DNA of 64,000 nt from Takakia lepidozioides (lineage: Eukaryota > Plantae > Bryophyta), in NCBI GenBank assembly GCA_030704615.1, contig CM060733.1, forward strand, positions 15,686,001 to 15,750,000, given 5' to 3'. Made by a program: the position numbers and the translations under genes. Below, in pieces: positions 39,401-53,000 of the stretch (position 1 is the first letter of the stretch; every line of letters begins with the position of its first letter). Below the pieces are notes generated by a model. The model was not told the origin of the DNA, ran no database searches, and was given only the letters and a program-made list of their open reading frames with translations.

Positions 39401-42400
39401 TCTCCCACGTATCTCGAAATATGCAGGACAAGAGCAGAAGTGCTGCTCTGATTCACTTCCTCCAACGCACAGATAGGGCAGATTTTAGTGTCTCGTTTTT
39501 CATCTCTGCTTTTGAGAAGTTTCCACTGTCGAATTTGAAACCGGTGGAGAGCTGTCTTTCTGGTCCCCATGTTTGTTGCACATAAAACTTCATAAGATAT
39601 TCTCACATCGGCCTGTTCCTCACATTCTTAGGAAGTATGGGCTTCTGGAGGTGGGTTGAAAGTAGGGACACTACTGGCATTGAGATTGTGGTATGCAAGG
39701 AACTTTCTCAAGAGGTACAACAGCATGTCTTGGATCCTTTCTCAAGTGCTGAGTTGTGCACAGTGCCCTCACCGGCAGCCAGTCTTGTGAAAGGGACCAG
39801 ATCCAAAGAGGAAGATGACAATTCAGAAAATGGCCTCATACTCCAGGGGTAAGGAGTAGAATTCCACCACAGTATATGGAATTTTTCAAACAAATTTCGT
39901 GGAAGAACATCAATTAAAAGAGCCTACTTGCCAGGCTTTGATAACTGCATGGCCCGCAAAATTCGCAAAGCATTCCGACTTGTTGTCGGTGCTGCCAACG
40001 TGAAACTACTCCTTTGCAAAACTTGATCGCCTGCCGGACCAACCATAGCAATGCATCAGCATTGGTTTGTGTAGAGAGTTGAGAGATACCAGCTTGCCAT
40101 GTAAATGAATGCCTTCTAGCCTTCTCCTTTCCATTCCAACTACATGTTTTACATGCAGTATCTGCTATCAGGAGGAGTCTTTGCAATACCTCTTCTTATG
40201 AAGAAAGGATGGATGCCAAACATGTTGTTGCTGTGGACGATTGGATGGGAGCTTACGTCAACCTCCATGGAATTAGGGCCACTTGCAGTTCCAGGTTCAA
40301 ACCTTTGGTCTTCAAGCGAAAGAGCCTCTGAAGCCACAACCCTTTCATCCTGTGCTCGGTAGAGTGGCATCAACAATGGACAACCTCAGTGAGTTAACAT
40401 CACAATCAAAAGCAATAAGTTCAACTGCTCTCACCCCAGGATCCCATTTTGAAAATACAGAAAGAATGTGAAGATGTACCAGATATGATTTACCGTTCAC
40501 GAGCAAACCAAAGGGGAGAACAGGATTGAGTAATAATTTCAGTAACAATTTGAGGACAAACCTTCTCCAAAAAACACACATATTTGTACCAAGCAACAAG
40601 TTCTGCCCAATAGTTTGCCTACATTTTATCTACGCATACTAAAAGATCAACATACTAAACAATCAACATGAGCACATACTTCTGGCAGTTGTTGCAACAG
40701 ATGGTTCAAGCAATCACTCTTCAGCTGTTGAGCTGCTGCATTAGACAATCCCATCCCTGTCCCAAAACCGCCCCCAGCATGTCATACCTCTGAATTAACC
40801 TCAGATTCAGTTCCATTACCTCCCTACCCATACATTCCAGGCAAAAGCCAGCAAAAACAACGATTTTCATAATCCGTTAGCAAGAGTACATAATTCATTT
40901 TGCATCATCCCAATTGTACCAAACCCAATGCCATCGAGGAGGACCACGAATGCGCCATGAACAAATGCGGCAAATTTGCCAATCTCCTTTTCTGCCACAT
41001 TGATGTATGTTATCCAGGCCAAAAGATCTCGCACAGACAGAATCCTTCCGCTTTCATGGTGATGTTGGAACCACTGTTCAGAACAGAAGGGAGCGCCACA
41101 ACAGTACCTCAACAATCCATACTCAATGATAAGTGAAAAGCCTACTCTTAAGACATTCAAGTCAGAAACAGTGCAGGAACTTGCAAATATTTGGCAAAAA
41201 CTGGCCAATACACTCTGCTCTGATCTTGAAAGCAAGATTGGAGGCATAAATCAAAGCATTAGCAAGAGTCATAATTTAAACTCAAATATGTGAAACTGAG
41301 ACTTCAGTAAGAGACAATTTAATGAGGTTAATACAAATCACCAAGTATCAGACAGATGTGCACCTGCCAGAACTGAAGCAGGGGATCTGCAAGACTAATA
41401 AGCTCCGGTTTTGAAAACCTGAAAAACATCAACCATCATTAAGCACACAGTAAACTAAGCTAAGATTTTCCATCTAAGGTACTTTCAAAAGATCTTGGAC
41501 AAGGTTTTGGAGGGTCAATATCTGCTCAGCTGTTGAAAGATTTTCTATACACAGGGATGCCAAGTATGGTGGGTGTGGGTTTTGACAAATAAGTTCCAAG
41601 CTCCACATATGGGTGGTAGATTTCCTCTGTAGTTAGCCCCCATACGCGTTCCAGAAAATGAGCATAAGCAAGTTGTGCAAAGCAAACCTGTCGCTGACAA
41701 TGCTCTTCAAGTCAAGTGGGTCACTGATAGGGGGGACCCAGATTTCAGTGAAGCGATTACGTAGTGCTGGGGAAAGCTCTTTCTTGCCAAAATCGCCCCC
41801 AGGGTTCATGGTGGCCAACAGACAAAAGTTTGGATGAGCAATAAGCTCCACCACAACAGGACCCCCTTTCTCTGCGAGAACCTGCCACAACATCAACCAA
41901 ACGAAATATGAAAATACAAAATTCGATGTTGATGAGGGACAACGACAACGTTTGCGTGATCTGGTTTATGTCGAAACAAAGATAAACCGTCTCGCCATTT
42001 CCCGAAGAAAAACACGTTCCTGTTCTATTCTTTCTTGCACTGGAAACAACAGGCAAATTGAAAGTGAAGAACATTTCTTGTTTGACTCTCCTCTCTACTA
42101 TGAGATTCATGTGAGATTAGTTTGTCTATTCTGAGATACCCTCTCACAGACATCTTTCATTACAAGGATCAGAAATGCATTGCAGCATATCTGCATGAGA
42201 TGTTGACTCTTAGACAACCCCTTGAGCAGTAGTTGTTTCTGGGCTGCTTGTGGAGGGACCCTCTCTTTCTTGTTTCTTTCTCTTGTCCCAGCCACTCTTT
42301 CAGCTTTCCTCGAATGTTAAAATGTATCTCTTCTTTTCGTTTCTTTGCTTTTCTTTTCCAAGAAGAACTTCTGAACCTGCCTCTCAACTTCCTGCCTTTC

Positions 42401-45400
42401 TACACAAATCATAGTGAAGGAATCCCTTTCCTAACATTGGTTACAGCAGCTCACTAACCAAGAGGCGTTTCGGTTCCAACACACTGTTCAGCCTTTCCAA
42501 CACACTGTCATCAGCAAGTGATATCTCATCAACGAGGAAAAAATCACCATCCCGCATGGCCTGAACTAATGGCCCATCATGCCAAACAAAGAGTGACTGC
42601 CACTCCTTTTGTAAACCTGAAAGCTCCTTCTCTAGTGCTTCCACCATCTCCACTTCTCCCTTGGACTTCTCATTCCAGTTTTGATTAAGTTTCTTCATGT
42701 TGGAAAGAGCCTGCCTGATCATTGTCAGAGCCACAGCAGCATCCTCAATCTTCGAAGGTAACTGCAAAGGAAAAAGCCAACATAGTCTTAGGATTGAAGA
42801 TAATAAGATAAAAATACTTACCTCACACACCTGCTGCAACACAACTTGTTCACATAGAATAACCCAAGACCCTTGTATCTCCAATTCATGTACTCAGTAT
42901 AGCAAAACAAGTATGACAACCTTGCCTATACAGTATTCCTACAGGCAATAAGAAAGTGCACAAGTAGACACCTTGTGAAACATATTTTAAGTCCATTCTA
43001 GAATGTTACTACATTTCACTACTTTTTACACTTGACCTCTTGAAGAAGACCCACACTTGATGTACATCACCTACCCAAGCCCTGGGTGTATGGATCCCAA
43101 CAATTTTTAGAGTGGACATCACAAACTGCAGAGGTACAAAAAGAACGAACTAGCTGATAAATGCAAACCTACCTCACCCTTGCAAACTTCCTGGAACAGG
43201 TTCAAAGAAGACACCTCCCTGAGGGCATTCTGGAATTTCACGCCAATACTATCCCTCTCCCGCACAGGTCGGAGACCCTACAGAGCAGCCCCAAATTAGT
43301 TCACACCAAGTTTCTCCTTGAAGCAGGTTCTCAAAAGACCATGGCCAAAACAGAGTCTTACAATTACTGCCTGTCCAACCTATTAGAACAATTGTACTCT
43401 GTAATCAGTGGCAATCCAATTTTATTTCTTTCAGAGACACAATTGATAGGGGAGAACACTTACACCGAGAAAGTCAGATGTCTCAGAGTATTGATGGCAA
43501 TTAAGAATATGAAGACGCTGCTGGAAGAGCAAAGCGAGGAGCTGACATATGGTGGTTTTCCCACACCCAGTTTCTCCAATCAGTAACACTGGTTCACAGT
43601 GCCGGATGCAGTGCTCCACCAAATTGAATAGCCGTTTCATGCTCTTAGTCCACACGATCCTGGGTAGCCAAAGTTCAAAAAATTATAAAGCATGGTCTCT
43701 AACCGAATGTTCTGCAGCCCACATGATTTCATTCTGTGCTTCTAGGTGGAAGATAAAAGTGCCGAGGACACTTAACCCAGAACACAACCCTAACTCATAA
43801 CTCGTCTGAAAATCACATCCATTGGCATTATAAATTTGTAAAGCAATGTCAAATGCAACAATAGAGCTATTCAACACTTTTTCTCCTAGAGGTGAAGGAC
43901 ACAGCATATAGGAGAGACTAGTCTGCCAAAGTTTCTCGAACATTACATTGACATCACCAGAAAAGTGAAAGGAGCCAGATCCAGGTTCGCGCAATCATCA
44001 AGCCAGGTTTGTCAAACTTACTTGCCAAATGATGTCAGGGACTCTGGAGACTTCAAGCATTCCTGAAGGGTTTCCAGCTTCTCTGAACCTGCAATCTGCT
44101 TAATACCAGAACCATGTCATTTCCAAATCTGTATACTGAAAGATGTTTTGTCGAATATCAACAACTCGACATGGGCCTTCATTTCTGAAAGCTGCATTAC
44201 CCTAATATAGAGGATCTAACCAAGAAACCGAAGCTATGATGAGCTCTGGCACATCTAACCTTGCCTCCCATGTCTGCCATACCTGGTAATACAAAGCAAG
44301 AAGAAATTCATAGTAAATGGGTAACAATTGCAGAACCCTTACTCACCTCATGAAGCTGGTTGACATCAATTTTCACACGCATGTGTTTCTCCAAGACTGT
44401 CTGCACAACCGCCTTCTCATTCCCATCACGCAACCGTTCAGCAAGGAGCATGTAGCCATCCCTGGCTAGTTCTTCGTAGCCATTTCCGTGCCGTTCAGCC
44501 CACCTGAAAAGATCACGAGAGGTGATGAATCCATGTTTCCCAGCAAACACTTTGCTGCTCTGACGATGCCGCTGTAAGTCCTTCATTACCTCAACCATCT
44601 TTCCAGCATAGCTCCCTGGAATCTGACAACGCTTTTCCAGTATCTGGCGGAGCTCATCATCTGGGATGTCATCAATATGAAGCTCCATGAAACGATTGCG
44701 GAAGGCACGCGATAGCACTTTTCGGCCACCATAAATGCCTGGGGGATTTTGTGTAGCAAAAAGCATGAAATGAGGGTGGGGTTTCACTGTGACCTGAAGC
44801 TCAGGCACAAAAAGCTCTCTGTTGTCATCCAGCAACCGATTTAGAGCCTCTAATACGTCCGAAGGAGCCAGATTCAACTCATCTAACACAATCCAATATC
44901 CCTTGCGTACAGCTTCCACCAGAATCCCTTCCTGGAAGACAAGTTTTCCTGAAGAATCAGTCACATACGACCCTAGGTACTCCTGCAAATCGGTGTGCTC
45001 ATGGTTGTTGATACGGACAAAACGGTGCCCTGTTATGGTAGCCAGGTATTCAACCAGGCTTGTCTTTCCGCTGGAGGTTGGGCCTTGCAATAGGACAGGG
45101 TACTTACGCACAAATACTGCCCTTGCCAAATTCTTTAGATGGTTACGAATTGTCTCGGTCAACACATAACGGTCCCGGGATTCCAGTGACGACCTGTGGA
45201 CAAGTGTCGTCAGTGTACATGGTGTTTCATGCAAGGAGCTATGAAGCGCAATCACCACAACAAGTAGCACGGAAATTAGCTTAACAAACTTTTGAAAATT
45301 CGAGCCATTATAGTAATTTGGAAGTCAAGGGGACCATTGACAGGTAAGAGAGGTAAGCCAATAGAAAGGTAAAATCACCTTCCCCCTCATGAAAGGGGCA

Positions 45401-46985
45401 CAATTTGACAAGCTTCATATATGCTAAAATGCTTCCAAATTTTTAAAAGGTAAATTGCAGGAAAATTTGAGACGAACCTGGAAGGGTATGCATGCCCACT
45501 CTCCACCCAGAAATGTTCAAATAAGACATGTTCAGGGCTTGGCTGGGGTGGAACCTTGAGGAGTGCTTTGAGGGCTTTAGCTGCCGCCAATCCCGTTTGC
45601 TTGAAAAGTGCGGCACTGATGAGCTGTTCCATGACCAAAGCACTCGGGCTGTCAAGAAGGGTCAAAAAGGACATGCAGATTCCATCATAAATGGCTCTCT
45701 GAAATCCATAGATGGGCATGGCAGCGCGGGTGTATTCAAGTGCTCGAGCAAGTGACCGCAGACTGTATTGTGGCTTTTGACCGGCTCCATCCAAGAGTCG
45801 AGTCTCAGCTTCCTTGCGCGCCTGGAGGTAAAAGTTGACAATCTCTTCTACTGGTGGGGATGGAAGGGCCCCCTCAAGGTACTTATAGACCAAGGCATGC
45901 AAGTCTTCTCTTCTTGTCAGTTCATCAATATAGAGTTCCGTGAACCGGTTTTTCAAGGCAATGGGAAGGTCATGTTTTCCAACATCTGTCGCAGGGTTCA
46001 TGCAGCCAAAGATGCGGAAATTAGGATGCCGAACCACACTTTCAACGTCGCCTCGTTCTGTCAGGCACAGGGAGCCTCCCTCACCTTCCAAAACTCCAGT
46101 TAATCTTTCTAGAGTCTCAACCGGGGCTAGATTCACCTCATCCAACAAGAGCCAGCGGCCCTCCCGTATAGCCTTAATTAGAACTCCCTCAACAAAGGAG
46201 AATGCAAAGCCTGTCTTTGCAGCCTCCACTTGGCGCTCAGCCTTGTGGAGATCGATCGAAAAAGCCCGCCACTTGTCATGCAACTGATCATTGAGAGGGC
46301 GCTTCCTCTTTGGGGTCTGCTCCTCATCCTTGTGTCCATTGTCGTCACGCATCACCATTTTTGTGGATGGAGGGCCAGGACCAAGTCCCATCCCGTTGGA
46401 TGGAAAGGATGCCCCCACCAGCTTGGCCACTGAAGCAACCACTGTGCGGAAGGCTTTGAGCAAACGTTCCCATTTCTTCCTCTCTGCCAAACGCTGTACT
46501 TGCTCCAGCAGCTCTGCATTCTTCTGTGGGTTTTACCCACAAAACATTGGTGAATTTGGAGCCAAGGACATGAGGAGAACCAACATGGCTACAGGAATTC
46601 TCTCTTCTCCAGAAAGCAGCATTCTCTCCCTCTACCTCCCTTCCGCTCCCCCTCCCCCTCCCCCTCCCGCTCCCTCTCCCCCCCCCCCCTCTCCCTCTCC
46701 CCCCTCCCCCCTCCCCTCCCCCCCTCCCCTCCTCCCCCTCTCTCTCTCTCTCTCTCTCCCTCCCTCCCTCTCCCTCCCTCCCGCTCCCGCTCCCCCCCCC
46801 CCCCCCCCGCTCCCCCCCTCTCCCCCCCTCGCCGCCCCTCCCCGCCCCGCCCGCCCCTCCCCCGCCCCCGCCACCTCCCTCTCCCCCGCCCCCTCCCCCG
46901 CCCCCTCCCCTGCCCTCTCCCTCTCCCCCGCCCCTCCCCCTCCCCCTCTCCCCGCTCCCCTCTCCCTCGCTCTCTCTCTCCCTCC

Positions 46986-47055
<70 letters not shown>

Positions 47056-50000
47056 GAATGTTGCTCTTTATAGACAGCATTCAAGAATTGCCTGATCCCG
47101 TTATTCTGTTCAGAATTTTCTTAACCTAAAGCTGCTGCCCTATATGGTTGGTAAGCTTGGACACTCTTCTCATTTGGGAGAGGAGCAGGGCAAGAGCTGA
47201 AGGGGCTGACTACACTATGGCTACAAGCAAGGTATCCATTCAGTCTCCTTCAACAGTGTGATGGGCTGCTTAGTATGGCAACACAAAGGGAGTTGACACT
47301 ATGAGGAACTTAAATGGACTTGACTAAGCTCTATTCTCAATCTAGGAATACTTGTGCAAAACCAAGGGCTTCTCTATGGGTCCTTGCTTGAGTACTTGGT
47401 CTACCTTTTGGGAATAGGTACTTCATTAAGCTATACTCTGATTCTATGAATACTTTTGCAAACCAAAGACCTCTATGTGTCACCTTGCTTGAGTACTTCG
47501 CTCTAGTGACACCTTCCTTTCGGGAATGGGTGCTCTCAAAATCCTTCCTGAAAGCAGGATTTTGAGAGCTAAAATTGATTCACTGATGTTTGGGCAGTAC
47601 CTAATAAGGGAGCATGGAGTCAAACGGCCGTACAATACTAAACCTGCATGAGAGCTTGGCGGAACTAACCTTCTTCGGGAATGTGTCTTTGAAAAGGTGA
47701 TTGAATGTCTCAAATAGAGGAATGCATATGCCTTGAGCTTCCACAGGCTTGAAACCTCCCAGGAAGTCAGAGCTATCGGTCTGTTGGCTCATATTCTGTT
47801 GAGGCAGCAACACCCCCATCAACACACAACAAACAATCAGCGCAGCATTATTAAACGTGATTGTTGTGTGGAAAGAAAACAGCAATGCTCAGTCCCTTAC
47901 TACCGCATCCAAATAAGAAACTGCTGCTCCAAGATCAAAGGGATTCAGTAAGCACCAGCACAACTGCACAACTGCACAACAGAATAAGTGCTCAAAAATA
48001 TATCTTGTGCCACATTTACTCTCAAGGCTTGTTTCAGTGTTTGCTCACCAACACAATCAAAGGCATCCCAATCTGGTGGGCAAGATATTGCACCAACGTT
48101 GTTTTGCCTGTGCCTGTTTCTCCAACAAGAAGAACTGGCTCCTGCTGCTGGACACACATAGCTATTGCCTCCAAAGTGCGCATGGCATAGCCTGTGTTGG
48201 CAAAAACTCGAGTTGCAGGAGCCTTACCCTGCAAGTCCGATAACGGGAAATAACAAACTGCTCATACAACCTACAACAAGATTTACTCATGGCTGAATAA
48301 GTCCAACCACAAAGAGGAAGTCCCAATACATGCACTCAACCATGAACCCATCTGCCACTAGTACCACACATGACAAACTGAATCTTTGAAATATACCAGT
48401 CAGCACATCTCAAAACTTGCACATTTTTTACTAAAGGATGTAGCCACAGGGGAAAGCTAAGTGCTCTCTTTCTTATTAAATTGACCAAATGGCCAAAAGA
48501 TGGTACCTTCTTCAGCTGTGTGGTCAAGGTGGCCCGTCCCACTTGAAGGCTGGATGGCGACATCTGAAAAAAGAGAGAAACATCAATAAAGAGTATCCAA
48601 GTAAGCCCAATTTATAATTCATAACTTCAAACACGCCAAGGGGAAACTCCGTGAAGCTGACATAGCAACATATTCATTCTCTTCTACTTTGGTTCTCTCA
48701 AAGTACATTCTTCCTCTTGCACATAAGCACTTTGAGCTTCCCATGGACATTATCAAGTTCCTTCCTTTCTTAACATTATAAAGTTTCTGTCTACAATTCA
48801 AAGTTGTAGAGTTGTGGTTGTACTAGCTGGTTGGTTTTGCCCCATTATTCTCTCTTCTTTCCTTTTCCTTTCTCCCATAAGCTCTTTAAGGCGCCATTTC
48901 ATCTCCCATAAGCTCTTTGAGCTTCCCGTGGACATTATACACTTTCCATCTTTATAAAGCACCATTTCATTTCATTTCATTTTTAATTTCTGGCAGCTCT
49001 ACTGCCTCCCTGTCAACCTCACCTGGATGTAATGAATTTCTTCATTGTTTCTTTCTCCAACTATATGGTGACCCAAAGTTATTGGCAGCTCACCTGCATG
49101 CGCCACTCCAGCTCTGAACAACATTTGAGATTTCTACGGCAAGCTAGTTTGGTTTTATCTTGTTGTCTTACATTGTCCCATTGTTCTTGAGCTCTTCTTG
49201 CTGCCCATACATACTGTGAAGCTCCTTTCGCATGGGCCCTTGCAGCCTCTGTGGATGATTTGAAGTTTCTTCTTCCCTTGAGCAGTAGTTGCTTTTCGGC
49301 TGCTTTTCGGCTTTGGTTTCATGTCTTTTTCCATTTTGTCCAATAAGCTCTTTGAGTTTTCCGCGGACTTTATAAAGTACCATTTCATTTCATTGCTTTC
49401 TTATTCTCTCTTTCGTTTTTCTACAGTGTCTCGTGGGCTGAGAGACCCCCTGGACCTTACTAACTTCCTTTTATTCCTTGCTTTCCCTCCCTTTCTCTCT
49501 TGCAGAGCAGGAATCTTCCAGGAAATGCAATCCAAAAAAACTGCCTAAACATTTGTGCCTGCCGAGTGGAGGCCTGAGTTCAACCCAAGCCCCACAACAC
49601 TACAACCCAAGTTCAACCCAAGTCCCACAGTACTTAATTTGCTCGGGGTAAACACTAACCCCTACCAGATTGACCATTCTAAGTTCATCACACCAACTTA
49701 TGCATGAGACCAGGGGGTTGATTCACCTGCAACGTCGGCTTATTGAGCATAGAGAGATATTCAACACTCTCTAAGGGTACATCCCAGTATCCCGCGATCG
49801 CTCTCATCACCACTTGCCGGTCAGTCACACTGGCTATTGACCCAGCAAAGCAATCTACTGCCTGCATGCACACCCAAGGCACACCCATTTAGGCTCACTA
49901 CCAACACCTTCCGAGATATCTCCATTATTCTGAACTTTTACAGTGACAAAGTACAAATGGTTTCGAATAATTCAGCCTACTGCTCAGCCTCTGGATAGTC

Positions 50001-53000
50001 ATGCATAGGTCCGGGAAAATACTTTCAATGATTTTAATCCAACTGAGATAGTTTGCAGCAAGAGGGGTTGCTCCTGAACGAGCTTGGATTCAGTGCTGCC
50101 CAGAGGCCTTCCATCGAAAACACACGACAATTCCAGCATATCCCCTTGTATTACATCCTTGGTTGTCAGGTTACCATTACATACACTCGTTTTCATTTGT
50201 GTCTGGTACATCCCTATGTGTTGTTGGGTTGCAGGAAGAGGCTCGATTCCCTGTCCTTATTGACCAATGCAGTTGGCTAACAAGCATTACAGCACACTGA
50301 ACTCCTTCAATATTGAAACGAGTTTATTGTGTGCACACCCGAATATGCATAGAGCATAAGCCAGAGACAATGGGGCAAAAGAGACTGACACATAAGATGA
50401 CAAATTAAGACTTCAAACGCAGGGAGGAGTGATGGCAACCATGGAAGGCCAAATACACTGAAAAGACCAGTCAGTGAGGAAAGAGGGAACCCCATCACAT
50501 TAAAAAAGCAGACATGCTTCACTTTCTGCAGAAAGTGAAGCACGGTCAATCTTCAACATACAAAGACTGAGTTAGCCACAGCTCACATTCTCTCTCTTCA
50601 CAGGCCTTCACCCTTAGACAATCACTCGAGCAATAGCTTTTATTCTTGGCTCTGGTTTTGTTTCCTCTCTCATGTTTTCTTCCATTTTGTCCCATAAGCT
50701 CTATGAGCTTTCCGCGGACATTATAAAGCACCGTTTCATTTCATTTCTCTTCACAGAAATAATGTAAAGTAAAGAGTTGGAAGAGAGACTAACTTCGCTA
50801 TAAATACGATCCCGTACATAGCTGGAGAGAACAGTCCCTGCAACAATTGGAAATTCCAGGGCTGCAATCCTCATACCCCACTTCAACAGATCCCTGGAGA
50901 TCAGACAAGCCATATCTACTTGTCAATCATCCCCCTCACCTTCAACAAACACTTGGGACATTCACTGACAAATCCATCCATATTCTCAGATAAGTTCTCT
51001 CAATGAGGCCCCTCTGTTATTCAGCTCCTACTCTAGCTGGGCCTGAAGTGCACACCTGGTTGAAAACTGGCGACCAATATATACAGAGATTTCCTGATTC
51101 CCCTCCACTTGTACCATTGACTGAAAGGCAAACGCTTTCAATAGCTTCAACGTTCCTGATGCACCACATAGAAAATTAGACCTACCTATCCCACACATGC
51201 AAACTTTTACAGTTGTTTCTCTGAGATTTTAGATAAAACACAACACTGAGACCATATCACAGCAGGAGCCACAAATTTCAGCAGTCAGCAGACTACCAAG
51301 GCAAACAATTGTCTGCTTTTATTCATCGATTAAATGTGTGATTACAGGCTTATAAGCAAACAACCCTACGTTGCAAATCTGGTAGCAGAGGCATTTCACC
51401 CAACTTATGCTCACTTTCATGATATTGCAAAACTGAAGTACACAGCCCTTGGCATGCATCCAAACATTAAGAGAATTTGCATAGCTCCAGAAAACTGTGC
51501 TCTTCCTCAGAGATGAAATGGAATGGAGGAGGCAAGTAGGTGCGACAAAATAAGCACACAGAATACTCAAGATATGGCATTTTAATAAACGGAATGGTCC
51601 TTTGAAAGAACCTTCTATAAACATACCGATCAACTTGGGGACTAATGGGACAAGTGAAGGGAGATGAGCCCGCATAATGATTGCAAGTTCTTCATTACTT
51701 GGAGAATCCACCACCACTCTTCTCCACAGATTACTTAACATCTCCTTTCCTGCACAAAATCAAAGTTTCACCATTGCTCTTGCTTTAGATGTCAACTGTC
51801 ATAGAGCTTGTTTGATTTACTTCCAATAAGAAGAGAGTCACTTCCATTGAATGAAATTAGCGATTCAGCAACACTTACTCCCCCCAGATGCACTGTGCAT
51901 GGAACCAATCTTCGTCTGAGTGACCGTAGAAAACAACCGAAAATTCTCAGCTGCATGAATCATCTGGTTGGACACAAAACGTCAGATTAACCCCATTCCT
52001 TCATTAGTATTGACTGTGACTACAAATCTTCGTTTCCTCAGAAAGGAAACTGCATGCACTTATCCAGTTGATAAGGAAAAATAGTAGGATATTCAATGTA
52101 ATAGTCATCTACAAATGATTAGTAAGAAACATACCAACAAAACAGCACTACAAACTGATTAATATTCCCTCATTACAATGAACAGATTCGCCTTTCACAC
52201 TCCCTATAAAAGCATCAGATGACCAAGAGCTACTCTTCCGATAAAGTTCCTTTCCTTCTCCCACCCCAAAAAGACTAGGTCTCTTTTCTGGACACTGAAA
52301 TTCTCACTAGAGAATTGCCTTAACACAACCGATACCTCTCCACGGCCTGGAATATACAGCTTCCGGTCTTCAAGTATTGGAATGAGTGTGGAGAAGATCT
52401 CAAAGGGAGCCCTGTCGATGTCCTCAAATACAACCCACATTCCTTGTAAGACTGCCTGTATACAGCAAACAAAGAAAATTGAGACTCACTCTATCTCCCA
52501 CCTGCCGAATCTCAGAAGACCTGGCGTTTTGGGACGAACATTCTCAAGCCCAACTCCAACCACAGGAAGTGCACTTCAACACAGTTATAAAAGGGGGTCG
52601 TTGGGTCAACATACTGTGTAGGTACCTAGGGTCCTTTTTGAGTCCTTGCAGGAGGTTTGGGTAACCATATTGGCCCAGTTACGACCGTTAGAAGGTGTCC
52701 ACCTTCCAAACGGAATGCAGTAGCCCTTCGGGATGAAGTGACACCATAATTCACACTTGCTTCAGCAAGAGTCAGCCTATCTTTCTTTTTTCTGTTTTCT
52801 TCTCCCATTTCCACAATGAAATTTGATGGGAATACAAGATAGCTGACTGCATCAACTATCCAAACCAAAAGTTACCTGGGTAAGAGCACCAGGCTGCCAC
52901 TTGAATTCTCCAGGTATTTCTGTACATATATAGTTCCCCAGCAATGTCTTGCTATCCATTTGGTCATCCAAGTGAAGGAATATCACATCTGCATAAGAAA

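Noticed and set aside
46291-47084. Pro-rich and Gly/Arg/Glu-rich ORFs (260, 163 and 150 aa)
   Set aside because: These are translations of an intronic low-complexity tract. The MDN1 exons on either side join in frame without it.
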